64,000 nucleotides of DNA, taken from positions 43,214,001-43,278,000 of the forward strand of contig OY740783.1 of NCBI GenBank assembly GCA_963514005.1, in the 5' to 3' direction. Under the pieces are notes generated by a model. That model searched no databases. It was given only the letters and a program-made list of their open reading frames with translations, and was not told where the DNA came from. This DNA is from Raja brachyura. Taxonomy: Eukaryota. The position numbers and the translations under genes were made by a program. Below are positions 51,941 through 62,280 of this stretch, in pieces; within the stretch, counting starts at the first letter, position 1; every line of letters begins with the position of its first letter.

Positions 51941-52619
51941 TCACATACTTCTCACATACCAAGGATATATTCCTGATCTTTCAATCAACCTCATTGTGGC
52001 ACTTGCCCTTTTTTCACCTGCACTTTCTTATAACTGTAACACTATATTCTACAAACACAAGCAACTGCAGATGCTGGGTTACTGAAAAAGACACAAAATG
52101 CTGGAGTAACTCATCAGGTTCGGCAGCATCTCTGGAGAACATGGATAGATTATGTTTCAGATAGGGACCATCCTTCAGAGTGATTGTAAAAGGGGTGGGA
52201 GAAAAAGTTTGGAGGGGATGTCAGAAGGTGATTCATATCCAACATGATACTTAGGCTCTGATCTGCCCATTAGGTACACAGTAGCTGTGAGCTTGGTCCA
52301 GTTGAGTTTCCAGACAATGTTGAGCAGGCACCCAATCAATGGTGGGGGATTTGACATTGGTAATGCCATTGGATGCCAAGAATAAGTAATTTGACACTCT
52401 CTTGCTGGAAATGTTAATTGGCTGGCAGTTTGGTGGTGTGAGTGTTAGTTGTAATATGTCAGTCCATGCTTAATTGTTGTTTAAGTCTAGTTGAATGCAG
52501 GCATGGAATTTTTAATTTGTTCTGGTTTAGGTTTAGATTTATTAATATCACATGTACTCAGGTACCGTGAAAAGCTTTATTTTGCATGCTATCCAAATTG
52601 CTCAGATATGCCACCTGAA

Positions 52620-52756
52620 CACAAGTCGTGGTCTGATCAACCACGGCTAGGTCGCCTGGGTGAGGATGTCTGACATTGAAAGACCCGAAACACCCAATGA
52701 CCCCAGGTTACATCACTGATGATGTGTTCAGGAGCATCTATAGATGTATTTTTTTA
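52620..52756 (+). mobile_element. 3' end only of the Hero-like element (third, more diverged copy)
   Basis: caagtcgtggtctgatcaacc...gggtgaggatgtctga...gacccgaaacacc...catcactgatgatgtg...gatgtattttt aligns with 12760-12895. Confidence 0.7.
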
Positions 52757-52874
52757 TCAATCAAGATACAAATAGTTCAAACTAATTAAAAATAGAGAGA
52801 GCAACAGGGAAGATACAGAGTGCAGAATATAGTTCTCAGGATTGTAGCGCATTGTAATGCACCAGTTTTTTAAT

Positions 52875-53183
52875 TTTGTTTTTAGTTTTAGCGATACAGC
52901 GTGGAAACAGGCCATTAGGCCTAATGAGTCCGCACCGACCAGCGATCCCCGCACCCTAACACTATCCTACACCCACTAGGGAGAATTCACAAGTTTACCA
53001 AAGCCAATTAATCTACAAACCTGTACGTCTTTGGGGTATGGAGGAAAACAGAACTTCCGGTGAAAACCCATGCAGGTCACAGGGTGAACGTATAAACTCC
53101 GTACAGACAGCACCCGTAGTCAGGATCGAACCCAGGTCCCCGGAAATGTAAGGAAGCAACACTACCGCTGCACCACCGTGCTG
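52875..53183 (-). mobile_element. V-SINE (HE1-like), full length
   Basis: Reverse complement of head (caggatcgaaccc), V-domain and tail. Confidence 0.86.
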
Positions 53184-53648
53184 TTCCTTAGACAATGTGC
53201 AATGTCCTCAATGGGGTAGAAGTGAATCGAACCATACTCTAGCTTATGGAACCATTCAGAAGCATGATAAGGAGGGAAAAAAGCTGTTCCTGAGCCTGTT
53301 GGTGCGCACTTTCAAGCTTCTGTACCTTTTGCGGCATGGGAGTTGAGAGAAGAGGAATGACTAGAGTGGGACGAGTCTTTGATTATGTTGGCTGCTTTTT
53401 TGAGGCAGCGTGAAGTGTAGATGGAGTCAACAGTGGCAAGGCTAGTTTGCGTTTCGGTCAAGTGCAACTAACAACAAACCCACCACAATTCTCTTCTTAA
53501 GATGTAAGTAAGATCATTGATGAAGTGCCTGTAGATGTTTGGGCCAAGGACACTGCCATGATGCTCTGGGGCTAGGATTTCTGACGACCACAACCATCTT
53601 CCTTTGGGGTCGACTCTCACCATTGTAATTCTTTCTTTTGATGTCCAT

Positions 53649-54180
53649 AGACCATATAACCATATAACAATTACAGCACGGAAACAGGCCATCTCGGCCC
53701 TTCAAGTCCGTGCCGAACAACTTTTTTCCCTTAGTCCCACCTGCCTGCACTCATACCATAACCCTCCATACCCTTCTCATCCATATGCCTATCCAATTTA
53801 TTTTTAAATGATACCAACGAACCTGCCGCCACCACTTCCACTGGAAGCTCATTCCACACCGCTACCACACTCTGAGTAAAGAAGTTCCCCCTCATGTTAC
53901 CCCTAAACCTCTGTCCCTTAATTCTAAAATCATGTCCTCTTGTTTGAATCTTCCCTATTCTCAAAGGGAAAAGCTTGTCCACATCAACTCTGTCTATCCC
54001 TCTCATCATTTTAAAGACCTCTATCAAGTCCCCCCTTAACCTTCTGCGCTCCAGAGAATAAAGACCTAACTTATTCAACCTATCTCTGTAACTTATCTGT
54101 TGAAACCCAGGCAACATTCTAGTAAATCTCCTCTGTACCCTCTCTATTTTGTTGACATCCTTCCTATAATTGGGCGACCA
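53649..54180 (-). mobile_element. CR1 LINE 3' fragment, (atatggtt)n subfamily
   Basis: WSPNYRKDVNKIERVQRRFTRMLPG...RGNFFTQSVVAVWNELP. Confidence 0.92.
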
Positions 54181-54884
54181 AGTTTTCCCAATTGATGTCA
54201 CACCTTGATATCGAGCTGTCACACTCACCTTATCTCTGGAATTTAGCTCATTGATCCATATTTGAACTAAATTATTAGTGTTCCTGGCAAAACCTAAACT
54301 GGGCATCGGTGAGTAGGTTACTGGTAAGTGAGTGCCATTTGAATAACTCGGCTGATTACAGTTTACCCTCTCTTTTTTGGTCATTAAGTGGAGACTAATT
54401 AAATGGTAATTAGCCAGATTGGATTTATCCTACTTTATTTGCGAACTAGACACATCTGAGTAATTTTCAACAGTAATGGGAAGTTAGCAGAATAACTGTA
54501 GTGAAACAGTTTGGCGAGAGACACAGCTTATTTCAGAGTGTACATCTTTGATACTACATTTGGATTGTTGACTGTCCCACAGTCATTAGTGTATCCCTTA
54601 ATCTCTGCTATTTCTTGATATACCTGAATTGGCTGAAGACTGACTCTGTGGTAGTGAGCATCTTATCTATTCAGTACTTCTGGATGAAAACCATTGCAAA
54701 TGTTTCAGCCAAGTCTTTTAATGCATTGGGCCACGCCAATCATTTGCAATCTTTAGTCAATAGTTTGGGTACATTAATGTTCCAACTGGAATAATTCCAG
54801 AGAAAAACAAAACCCTCCTCCTTCTTACATTGCATTGCACTGTGTTATAGCTAATCACAGGCTGTGAATAACTGCCGTTCCTAC

Positions 54885-54980
54885 CTCTGTCTGGTCAATC
54901 ATGTGTTCTAGTTGAAAGATTTGAGTTTTCACTTGGTCCTCTTTGCTGATGAGGTAACCGATACTCTTAGACAGCTTCTC
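54885..54980 (-). CDS. TRIM46: TRIM46/TRIM36-family exon: coiled coil 1 (96 nt, phase 0 to 0)
   Basis: Translated by hand as EKLSKSIGYLISKEDQVKTQIFQLEHMIDQTE. Boundaries caacag|GAG and GAG|gtagga; 96 nt is the typical size of this TRIM exon. Confidence 0.95.
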
Positions 54981-55334
54981 CTGTTGGCATGACAACAAAA
55001 CATATTGCAGGATGAAACGAGAGAACACCATTCAAACCTCACCAGCTGTCAACAGAACCTCAATATCTCACTTTACACATAAACAAAGCAGTGAAAAAAT
55101 CTGACAATTAATGAAACCAAATCTATGTAAATGAATAAACAGAGAATGAGTGAGGCCGGCAAACAGACAAGTCACTGATACACTGAAGTCATTAGGAATT
55201 TAAGAATCAACTGTGTACAAGAGTAATGGGAGAGGGATATACTGAAGTGTTTGGATGTCCTGCAATTTGAGAACATAATGAACATCTTTGAAAATGAAAG
55301 CAGTCAATAGCTCTTATGCTTTAACTTAACCTAC

Positions 55335-55481
55335 CTTGAGTATTTTGTAGGCACTGCTCATAGAAGTGACTTTGTGGTTAGCATGTGATCCACCGAGCTT
55401 ACAGAGGTGACACACGGGCCTCTTGCACACCTCGCAGTACATGGTCACTTTTTCCATTTCATGCTCAGGACACATCAAAAC
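55335..55481 (-). CDS. TRIM46: TRIM46/TRIM36-family exon: B-box2 (147 nt, phase 0 to 0)
   Basis: Not in the ORF track; translated by hand as VLMCPEHEMEKVTMYCEVCKRPVCHLCKLGGSHANHKVTSMSSAYKILK. Boundaries ctccag|GTT and AAG|gtaggt. Confidence 0.96.
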
Positions 55482-56516
55482 CTGGAGGCGTTTTGGAGGG
55501 GATAGTGGGAAGTTGGGGTTAGAGGGTGGGTGGGGGGGGGGAGAAGAGTCGGGGTAGGTGTGAATGAAGGGGTGGAGTTGTGGTTGTGGGGTGATGGGAA
55601 AGTAGGGGAAGGATTAAAAAGACGTTAAAACGATTGTCATTCCAAAATCAAGGACACTTCATGTTACACATTTCATATCACGCCAACACTCGCAGAAATC
55701 ATCATCAATTTCTTTACCCTACTAAACTGTTCAAAGAGCAAGATCCCCTAGAAGTGGTAACATTCAGAAATTTGTTGTTGTTCTACAATTACCTTCCTCA
55801 ATTATTTTCCAATTTATGTTCAGTCCCAAATTAAATATCTAAGCAGGAAAATATGGACCTCAGTGCACCCCCTGTTGACAAATATGGCTTAAGAAAGTAC
55901 ATCATTGTTGATAGCACATCTGAATGAAGAAAAGCCTAACCAGGTAGTGGGCACCCAATTATTACCTTGTAAATAACTAAAATAGGTATGAAAGGAAAGG
56001 CCTTCAACCCATATTAGGTTTCTTCCACTGAGTAGACATGTAGTCCAGGCCTCGGACTTAATAAATCTATACCTGTGAAAAATTCCTTATGCAGCCTTCT
56101 TTTTATTATTGAGCACATTGTCATTTTTTTGAAGTTTGGTATTTAAGAACAATGGTCAATAGTCACTCCCTCTCTATCTTTCTAACCTCATCTAACATTC
56201 TCTCTAATTTGCTCGTTCTTATACTCATTTTCCCTTTATTCCTTGCTCTTATTAATTACTGCATTACCCTTTAGTACTCTCACTCTTTCTATTTCCATTT
56301 GTTATTCTCTTTGATTCTGTTTTCATTCAAATAAATAACTTTCTTTCTTGTTCACTTCTGCTGACCATATTTTTAATTTTCTGATTTTCTTCCCCACTCT
56401 ATTTCCTTCCTAGTATCTTTTCCTCTTGCATTCCTTTCTCATTCCATTTCCCGTGTCTTAATTCCTGCTTCCTTTGCCTCCTTACTTAGTTTCAAAGCGT
56501 AGAGACTAAGCTAGAG

Positions 56517-56676
56517 ACGCCAAAGACGTACAGGTTTGTAGGTTAATTGGCTTCGGTAAAATTGTAAATTGTCCCTAGTGTGTGTAGGATAGTTAGCGTG
56601 TGCGGGGATCACTGGTCGGTGTGGACTCAGTGGGCCGAAAGGCCTGCTTCCACGCTGTCTCTCTAAACTAAACTAG
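56517..56676 (+). mobile_element. V-SINE 3' half
   Basis: ccaaagacgtacaggtttgtagg...gggccgaaaggcctg...ctaaactaaacta. Confidence 0.82.
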
Positions 56677-57730
56677 ACCTGATATTCAACTTGTATTCTA
56701 AGGAAAAGGAAAACATGAAAAATGTTTCCAAATAAAAGTAGCAAGTATTTTCAACACGAGGATCTTTTTTAGTTTGTCACTTCATCCATTCCATGAGATA
56801 TGCACACAATCTTAAGAGAATGCGCAGCTGTTAAGTATGAGCATGGATAAAATGACTGCATCATCTGTCGCATTTATATCAGCACATATGATAATCATGC
56901 CATAAGTTGTATTTTATTTCTAAGACAGAATGTGGCTTTGTCTGATCGAATGTTATGTCCTTTTAAGGAATGGAAAGGCTGAAGGCTATATATTGATAAT
57001 CACTCAACCTAGTCTTGTGATATGTACAATTAATGATTGGACTATTCAAATGGGCCTGTTAAAGTTAGGAAGTTGATGTAACTAACAACATAAAAGCCAC
57101 ATATATATTTGAAGTCAATTTCCTCTGAATATTCAAGTTACTTCCATTTACTGATTCACATTGGTATCCTCAAGGGAAATGCTGACCTTTTGGTTGTTCC
57201 ATTCATATGTGGCAGAGTGAATAAGCAAGATTAATTAATTCAACCATGCAACCAACTCAAATGGGGGTTTCAATTTCATCTTAATTATGAAAACACAATT
57301 CTGCTAATTTAATCAATACAAATATATTTTGAATAATGTGACTATATCTTAAGTATTCCAATACATATAATGGGTAGAATGCATCTTCACTCAAATGTTA
57401 CCTGATGTATAAGTTAGACAAGCAGATACTGTGCACTAGTAATTCAATCTCATTCTTTGGCTTAGCTGACTGAGCTATTGAGCTCCAAACAAATTAATTA
57501 TTAATTGAGTGCTAATGTATTTTATAATGATTTTTGCATGTATATGTTAGAAGTGATGAGACCGTATATTTACACCTTCACAGGAAATCTCTGGGAAGAA
57601 AGAGAAAGTATTCTGAAAACTATATATTTTTAATCATATTGCTTCCCATTTAAAAGAAGTCTGATGATACAAATGGAAATGCCTATCTGGAATATATTTC
57701 ATAAAAGAGGCAGTAAAACGAGCTCCGTAC

Positions 57731-58074
57731 CTTGGGTCTGAAGTTGGTGGTTGGTCCGCCATACTCATGTTGAGCCTTTGGAGTCCCCCAGGGATGGTGA
57801 ATTTTGTAGCATTCATTACAATAGCTGGCTTTGCAGTCCATACAACTCTTTGTAGCCTCGCTGGGCGGTGACTTGCAGAGGTTGCACATGATGGCCACCG
57901 CAGCTCGGGCGGCCTGTCTGTATCTCTCTACAATCGCTTCCAAAGTGAAGTTTCGGAACAGACCACTGATGCCTCGTTCTCCGAGATCTATGTCACGTTT
58001 ACAGCTAGGACAAGGGAAGGTGGTGACTCCTTGACTGTGGATAGTCCGTTTCCAGCCTGGATGGGCAGCAGATC
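57731..58074 (-). CDS. TRIM46: TRIM46/TRIM36-family exon: end of RING region plus B-box1 (344 nt, phase 1 to 0)
   Basis: Reads (G)[114 protein letters not shown]. Acceptor aaaaag|GATCTG, donor AAG|gtacgg. An in-frame alternative acceptor would start the exon at 58056. Family assignment is secure; TRIM46 versus TRIM36 is less certain. Confidence 0.93.
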
Positions 58075-58340
58075 CTTTTTAGTCAACCAATACATGAAAG
58101 AATTGAGGGAAAGACAGAGAGAGGACAGACAAGGGAAAGTAGAAAAAGAAAATTGAAAGAGCAGTAAAGTTATATACTTTATTGGAATGGTAGAGTAGTA
58201 CAATAGAGAAGAAACATTTAGAAGTTCAATTGAAGAGCAATCTCAGTTGAATCATTCTCCAATTCATTTACTTAACCCTGCAATCCATTCTCTTCCAATT
58301 ATTTATCCAATTTATTTTTGTAGATCGCTCTTGATCTGTA

Positions 58341-59733
58341 CAGACCAGTTAGTCTAACATCGGTAGTGGGGAAACTGTCAGTTATTAAAGATGGGATAGC
58401 AGCACATTTGGAAAGTGGTGAAATCATTGGACAAAGTCAGCATGGATTTACGAAAGGTAAATCATGTCTGACGAATCTTGTGGAATTTTTCGAGGATGTA
58501 ACTAGTAGCGTGGATAGGGGAGAACCAGTGGATGTGGTGTATCTGGACTTCCAGAAGGCTTTCGACAAGGTCCCACATAAGAAATTAGTATATAAACTTA
58601 AAGCATATGGCATTGGGGGTTCAGTATTGATGTGGATAGAGAACTGGCTGGCAAACAGGAAGCAAAGAGTAGGAGTTAACGGGTCGTTTTCACAATGGCA
58701 GGCAGTGACTAGTGGGGTACCACAAGGCTCAGTGATGGGACCCCAGCTATTTACAATATACATAAATGATCTGGATGAGGGAATTGAAGGCAATATCTCC
58801 AAGTTTGCGGATGACACTAAGCTGGGGGGCAGTGTTAGCTGTGAGGAGGATGCTAGGAGACTGCAAGGTGACTTGGATAGGCTGGGTGAGTGGGCAAATG
58901 TTTGGCAGATGCAGTATAATGTGGATAAATGTGAGGTTATCCACTTTGGTGGCAAAAATAGGAAAACAGACTATTATCTAAATGGAGGCCGATTAGGAAA
59001 AGGGGAGATGCAGCACGACCTGGGTGTCATGGTGCATTGAAAGTAGGCATGCAGGTACAGCAGGCAGTGAAGAAAGCGAATGGTATGTTAGCTTTCATAG
59101 CAAAAGGATTTGAGTATAGGAGCAGGGAGGTTCTACTTCAGTTGTATAGGGTCTTGGTGAGGTCACACCTGGAGTATTGCGTACAATTCTGGTCTCCAAA
59201 TCTGAGGAAGGACATTATTGCCATAGAGGGAGTGCAGAGAAGGTTCACCAGACTGATTCCTGGGATGTCAGGACTGTCTTATGAACAAAGACTGCATAGA
59301 CTCGGTTTATACTCTCTAGAATTTAGGAGATTGAGAGGGGATCTTATAGAAACTTACAAAATTCTTAAGGGGTTGGACAGGCTAGATGCAGGAAGATTGT
59401 TCCCGATGTTGGGGAGGTCCAGGACAAGGGGTCACAGCTTAAGGATAAGGGGGAAATCCTTTAGGACCGAGATGAGAAAGAATTTTTCCACACAGAGAGT
59501 AGTGGGTCTCTGGAACTCTCTGCCACAGAGGGTAGTTGAGGCCAGTTCATTGGCTATATTTAAGAGGGAGTTAGATGTGGCCCTTGTGGCTAAGGGGATC
59601 AGAGGGTATGGAGAGAAGGCAGGTACGGGATACTGAGTTGGATGATCAGCCATGATCATATTGAATGGCGGTGCAGGCTCGAAGGGCCGAATGGCCTACT
59701 CCTGCACCTAATTTCTATGTTTCTATGTTTCTA
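58341..59733 (+). mobile_element. CR1 LINE, 5'-truncated 1.4 kb with nearly intact RT domain
   Basis: ORF 58366..59040 (SQHGFTKGKSCLTNL, YLDFQKAFDKVPH, SGVPQGS, KFADDTKL) and ORF 59037..59636 are separated by one frameshift; (tttctatg)n tail. Confidence 0.96.
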
Positions 59734-60507
59734 TCACTCTGACAGATGTGGATTCAAATCATAATCTTTGCTGCAAAAAAATATTTTCCCTGTACCAGTT
59801 GAACTGTTGCCCCAAATATTGATCCTTCAGCTATTTTTTGTTTTCCCCCAATATCAATTCTGTATAATTATAAACATCTTTATGCATTTTGATCTTGGCT
59901 TTCTCCAAATCTACTCAGCATCTTCAAGTGGCAAGATAACTATAATATCTTATATGCACATTAATTCTAATAACTCCCTTCTATACCTCACCAAAGTCTC
60001 TGCAACCTACTACAAGTAAATTGCACAGAAATTGATAAGATGCTCAATTGGTATTGACCCAGCATTTTATACAGGTTTAGCATGGGTTCGGGGCTTTTGT
60101 ACTCATGAATATTTCAAATTATTTTAATAAAGCCAAACGCTATATAAATTACTCAAGGAGTTGTGAAAACACTTCATTCTGTGTTCTTGTATCCCAGTTA
60201 AAATAGTTCCCCATTTAACTTGTAACTCTAAATATGCTAATTGCATTATATGTATTAGTGTACCCATTTACCATGCAATGTAAACTTATTTCTAATAGTA
60301 ATACAAATTCCATCTGATTATGAAATAATAGGGGTTTATAGGGGTTACCGAAGATAAACATCTACCTTCGATCTGAAGTCAACAGGACAAAATGTTTGAA
60401 ACAGGTAAAATGTAGTGTTACTCTTACATGTGTGCATTTAATGCAAGTGACCCAAGAAGAATTTTCACCATCATGCCTTGGGCAATGATGTCAACAAAAC
60501 AGAGAGG

Positions 60508-60998
60508 ACAGAGGAGATTTACTAGAATGTTGCCTGGGTTCCAGCAACTAAGTTACAGAGAAAGGTTGAACAAGTTAGGTCTTTATTCTTTGGAGCGCAG
60601 AAGGTTAAGGGGGGACTTGATTGGTCTTTAAAATGATGAAAGGGATTGTCTAGTTGACGTGGATAAGCTTTTCCCATTGAGGGTAGGGAAGATTCAAACA
60701 AGAGGGCATGACATGAGAGTTAAGGGACAGAAGTTTAGGGGTAACTTGAGGGGGAACTTCTTTACTCAGAGAGTGGTGGCTGTGTGGAATGATCTTCCAG
60801 CAGAAGTGGTTGAGGCAGGATCGATTTTAACATTTAAAAGTAAGTGGATAGGTATATGGACGGGAAGGGAATGGAGGGGTATGGTCTGAGTGCAGGTAGA
60901 TGGGACTAGGGGAAAATAAATGGTCGGCACGGACTGGAAGGGCCGAGAAGGCCTGTTTCCGTGCTGTAGTTGTTATATGGTTATATATGGTTATATGA
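60508..60998 (+). mobile_element. CR1 LINE 3' fragment, (atatggtt)n subfamily
   Basis: QRRFTRMLPGFQQLSYRERLNKLGLYSLERRRLRGDLI; same subfamily as 53649-54180. Confidence 0.92.
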
Positions 60999-61793
60999 TG
61001 TAAATCATCAACAAGGTATTGCTAGATGTTTTGTTATACAAAATGTGGAGATGGTAAATGATTTAAATGTTGGCAATTTTCTAATTTCACAGTTAATTAT
61101 GTTTTCTATTATTATGGATGCTGAACCTTGCATTTGGCTCCATTTGGGAAGTGTCACCACTCGTTAAGTCTAGGCCAATAACTGGGCCAATAGGCCAATA
61201 ACTGGAATGGTGCAAGCCGAGAGGAATAAATGGAATTTATTGAGATGAATTCACCTAAGTTAATGAAGCATCTGTTCATTTAGAAAACTTTAAATACCTG
61301 TAAGTCTGGAAGTACAATAGATAGCCAACCACAAAGCTAACTTGTTAGACTTGGTTTGGAGCATTAACGATGAAGCCACACTTACACAAGATATTATCCA
61401 AGGGGAAATACACTGCAATCTGAAGCTTTGGAATGAGTCTATGTGGCATGAAGATATTTGTGGAATAGTTATAATTATTTATAATTTAAAGGACTTTAAT
61501 ATTATAAAATACACTGGAACGACAGTGGTCATTTTGATTTTGTTTGTCTTATTTACTCCTTAGTTCTATGTACCTTCAGCATTATGCCTGCCCCCCTCTC
61601 CCACCCCCTTCATTTCCTGTGCATTGAAGGTTTCTCCCTTTATCAGTCCTGAAGACTGTGCACAATTCAAGAGGTTATGGCGGTCGGGTCCTGTTCCAAA
61701 CAGCCACTTTTCAACTTTGGTTTTCAAGACAGTTGTCTTTTATACATTTAATACATTGTCTTTTCAAGACAGTTGGTACAACATGTTGTGAAC

Positions 61794-62280
61794 GTAGGTT
61801 CACGAGATTGATCCCTGGGATGGCGGGACTGTCATATGAGGAAAGATTGAAAAGACTAGGCTTGTAATCACTGGTTTAGAAGGATAAGGGGGGGATCTTA
61901 TAGAAACATATAAAATTATAAAGGACTGGACAAGCTAGATGCAGGAAAAATGTTCCCAATGTTGGGTGAGTCCAGAACCAGGGGCCACAGTCTTGGAATA
62001 AAGGGGAGGTAATTTAAGACTGAGCTGAGAAAAAACGTTTTTACCCAGAGAGTTGTGAATTTATGGAATTCCCTGCCACAGAGGGCAGTGGAGGCCAAAT
62101 CACTGGATGGATTTAAGAGAGAGTTGGATAGAGCTCTAGGGGCTAGTGGAGTCAAGGGATATGGGGAGAAGGCAGGCACGGGTTATTGATAGCGGATGAT
62201 CAGCCATGGTCATATTGACTGGCGGTGCTGGCTTGTAGGGCCGAATGGCCTTCTCCTGCACCTATTTTCTATGTTTCTAT
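61794..62280 (+). mobile_element. CR1 LINE 3' fragment, young
   Basis: RFTRLIPGMAGLSYEERLKRLGL; near-identical to 44935-45445 in reverse complement. Confidence 0.92.

Noticed and set aside
58366-59636. Reverse-transcriptase ORFs as an active or domesticated gene, or a prokaryotic retron-type system
   Set aside because: A standard 5'-truncated, frameshifted CR1 lacking the endonuclease; the context is a vertebrate intron.
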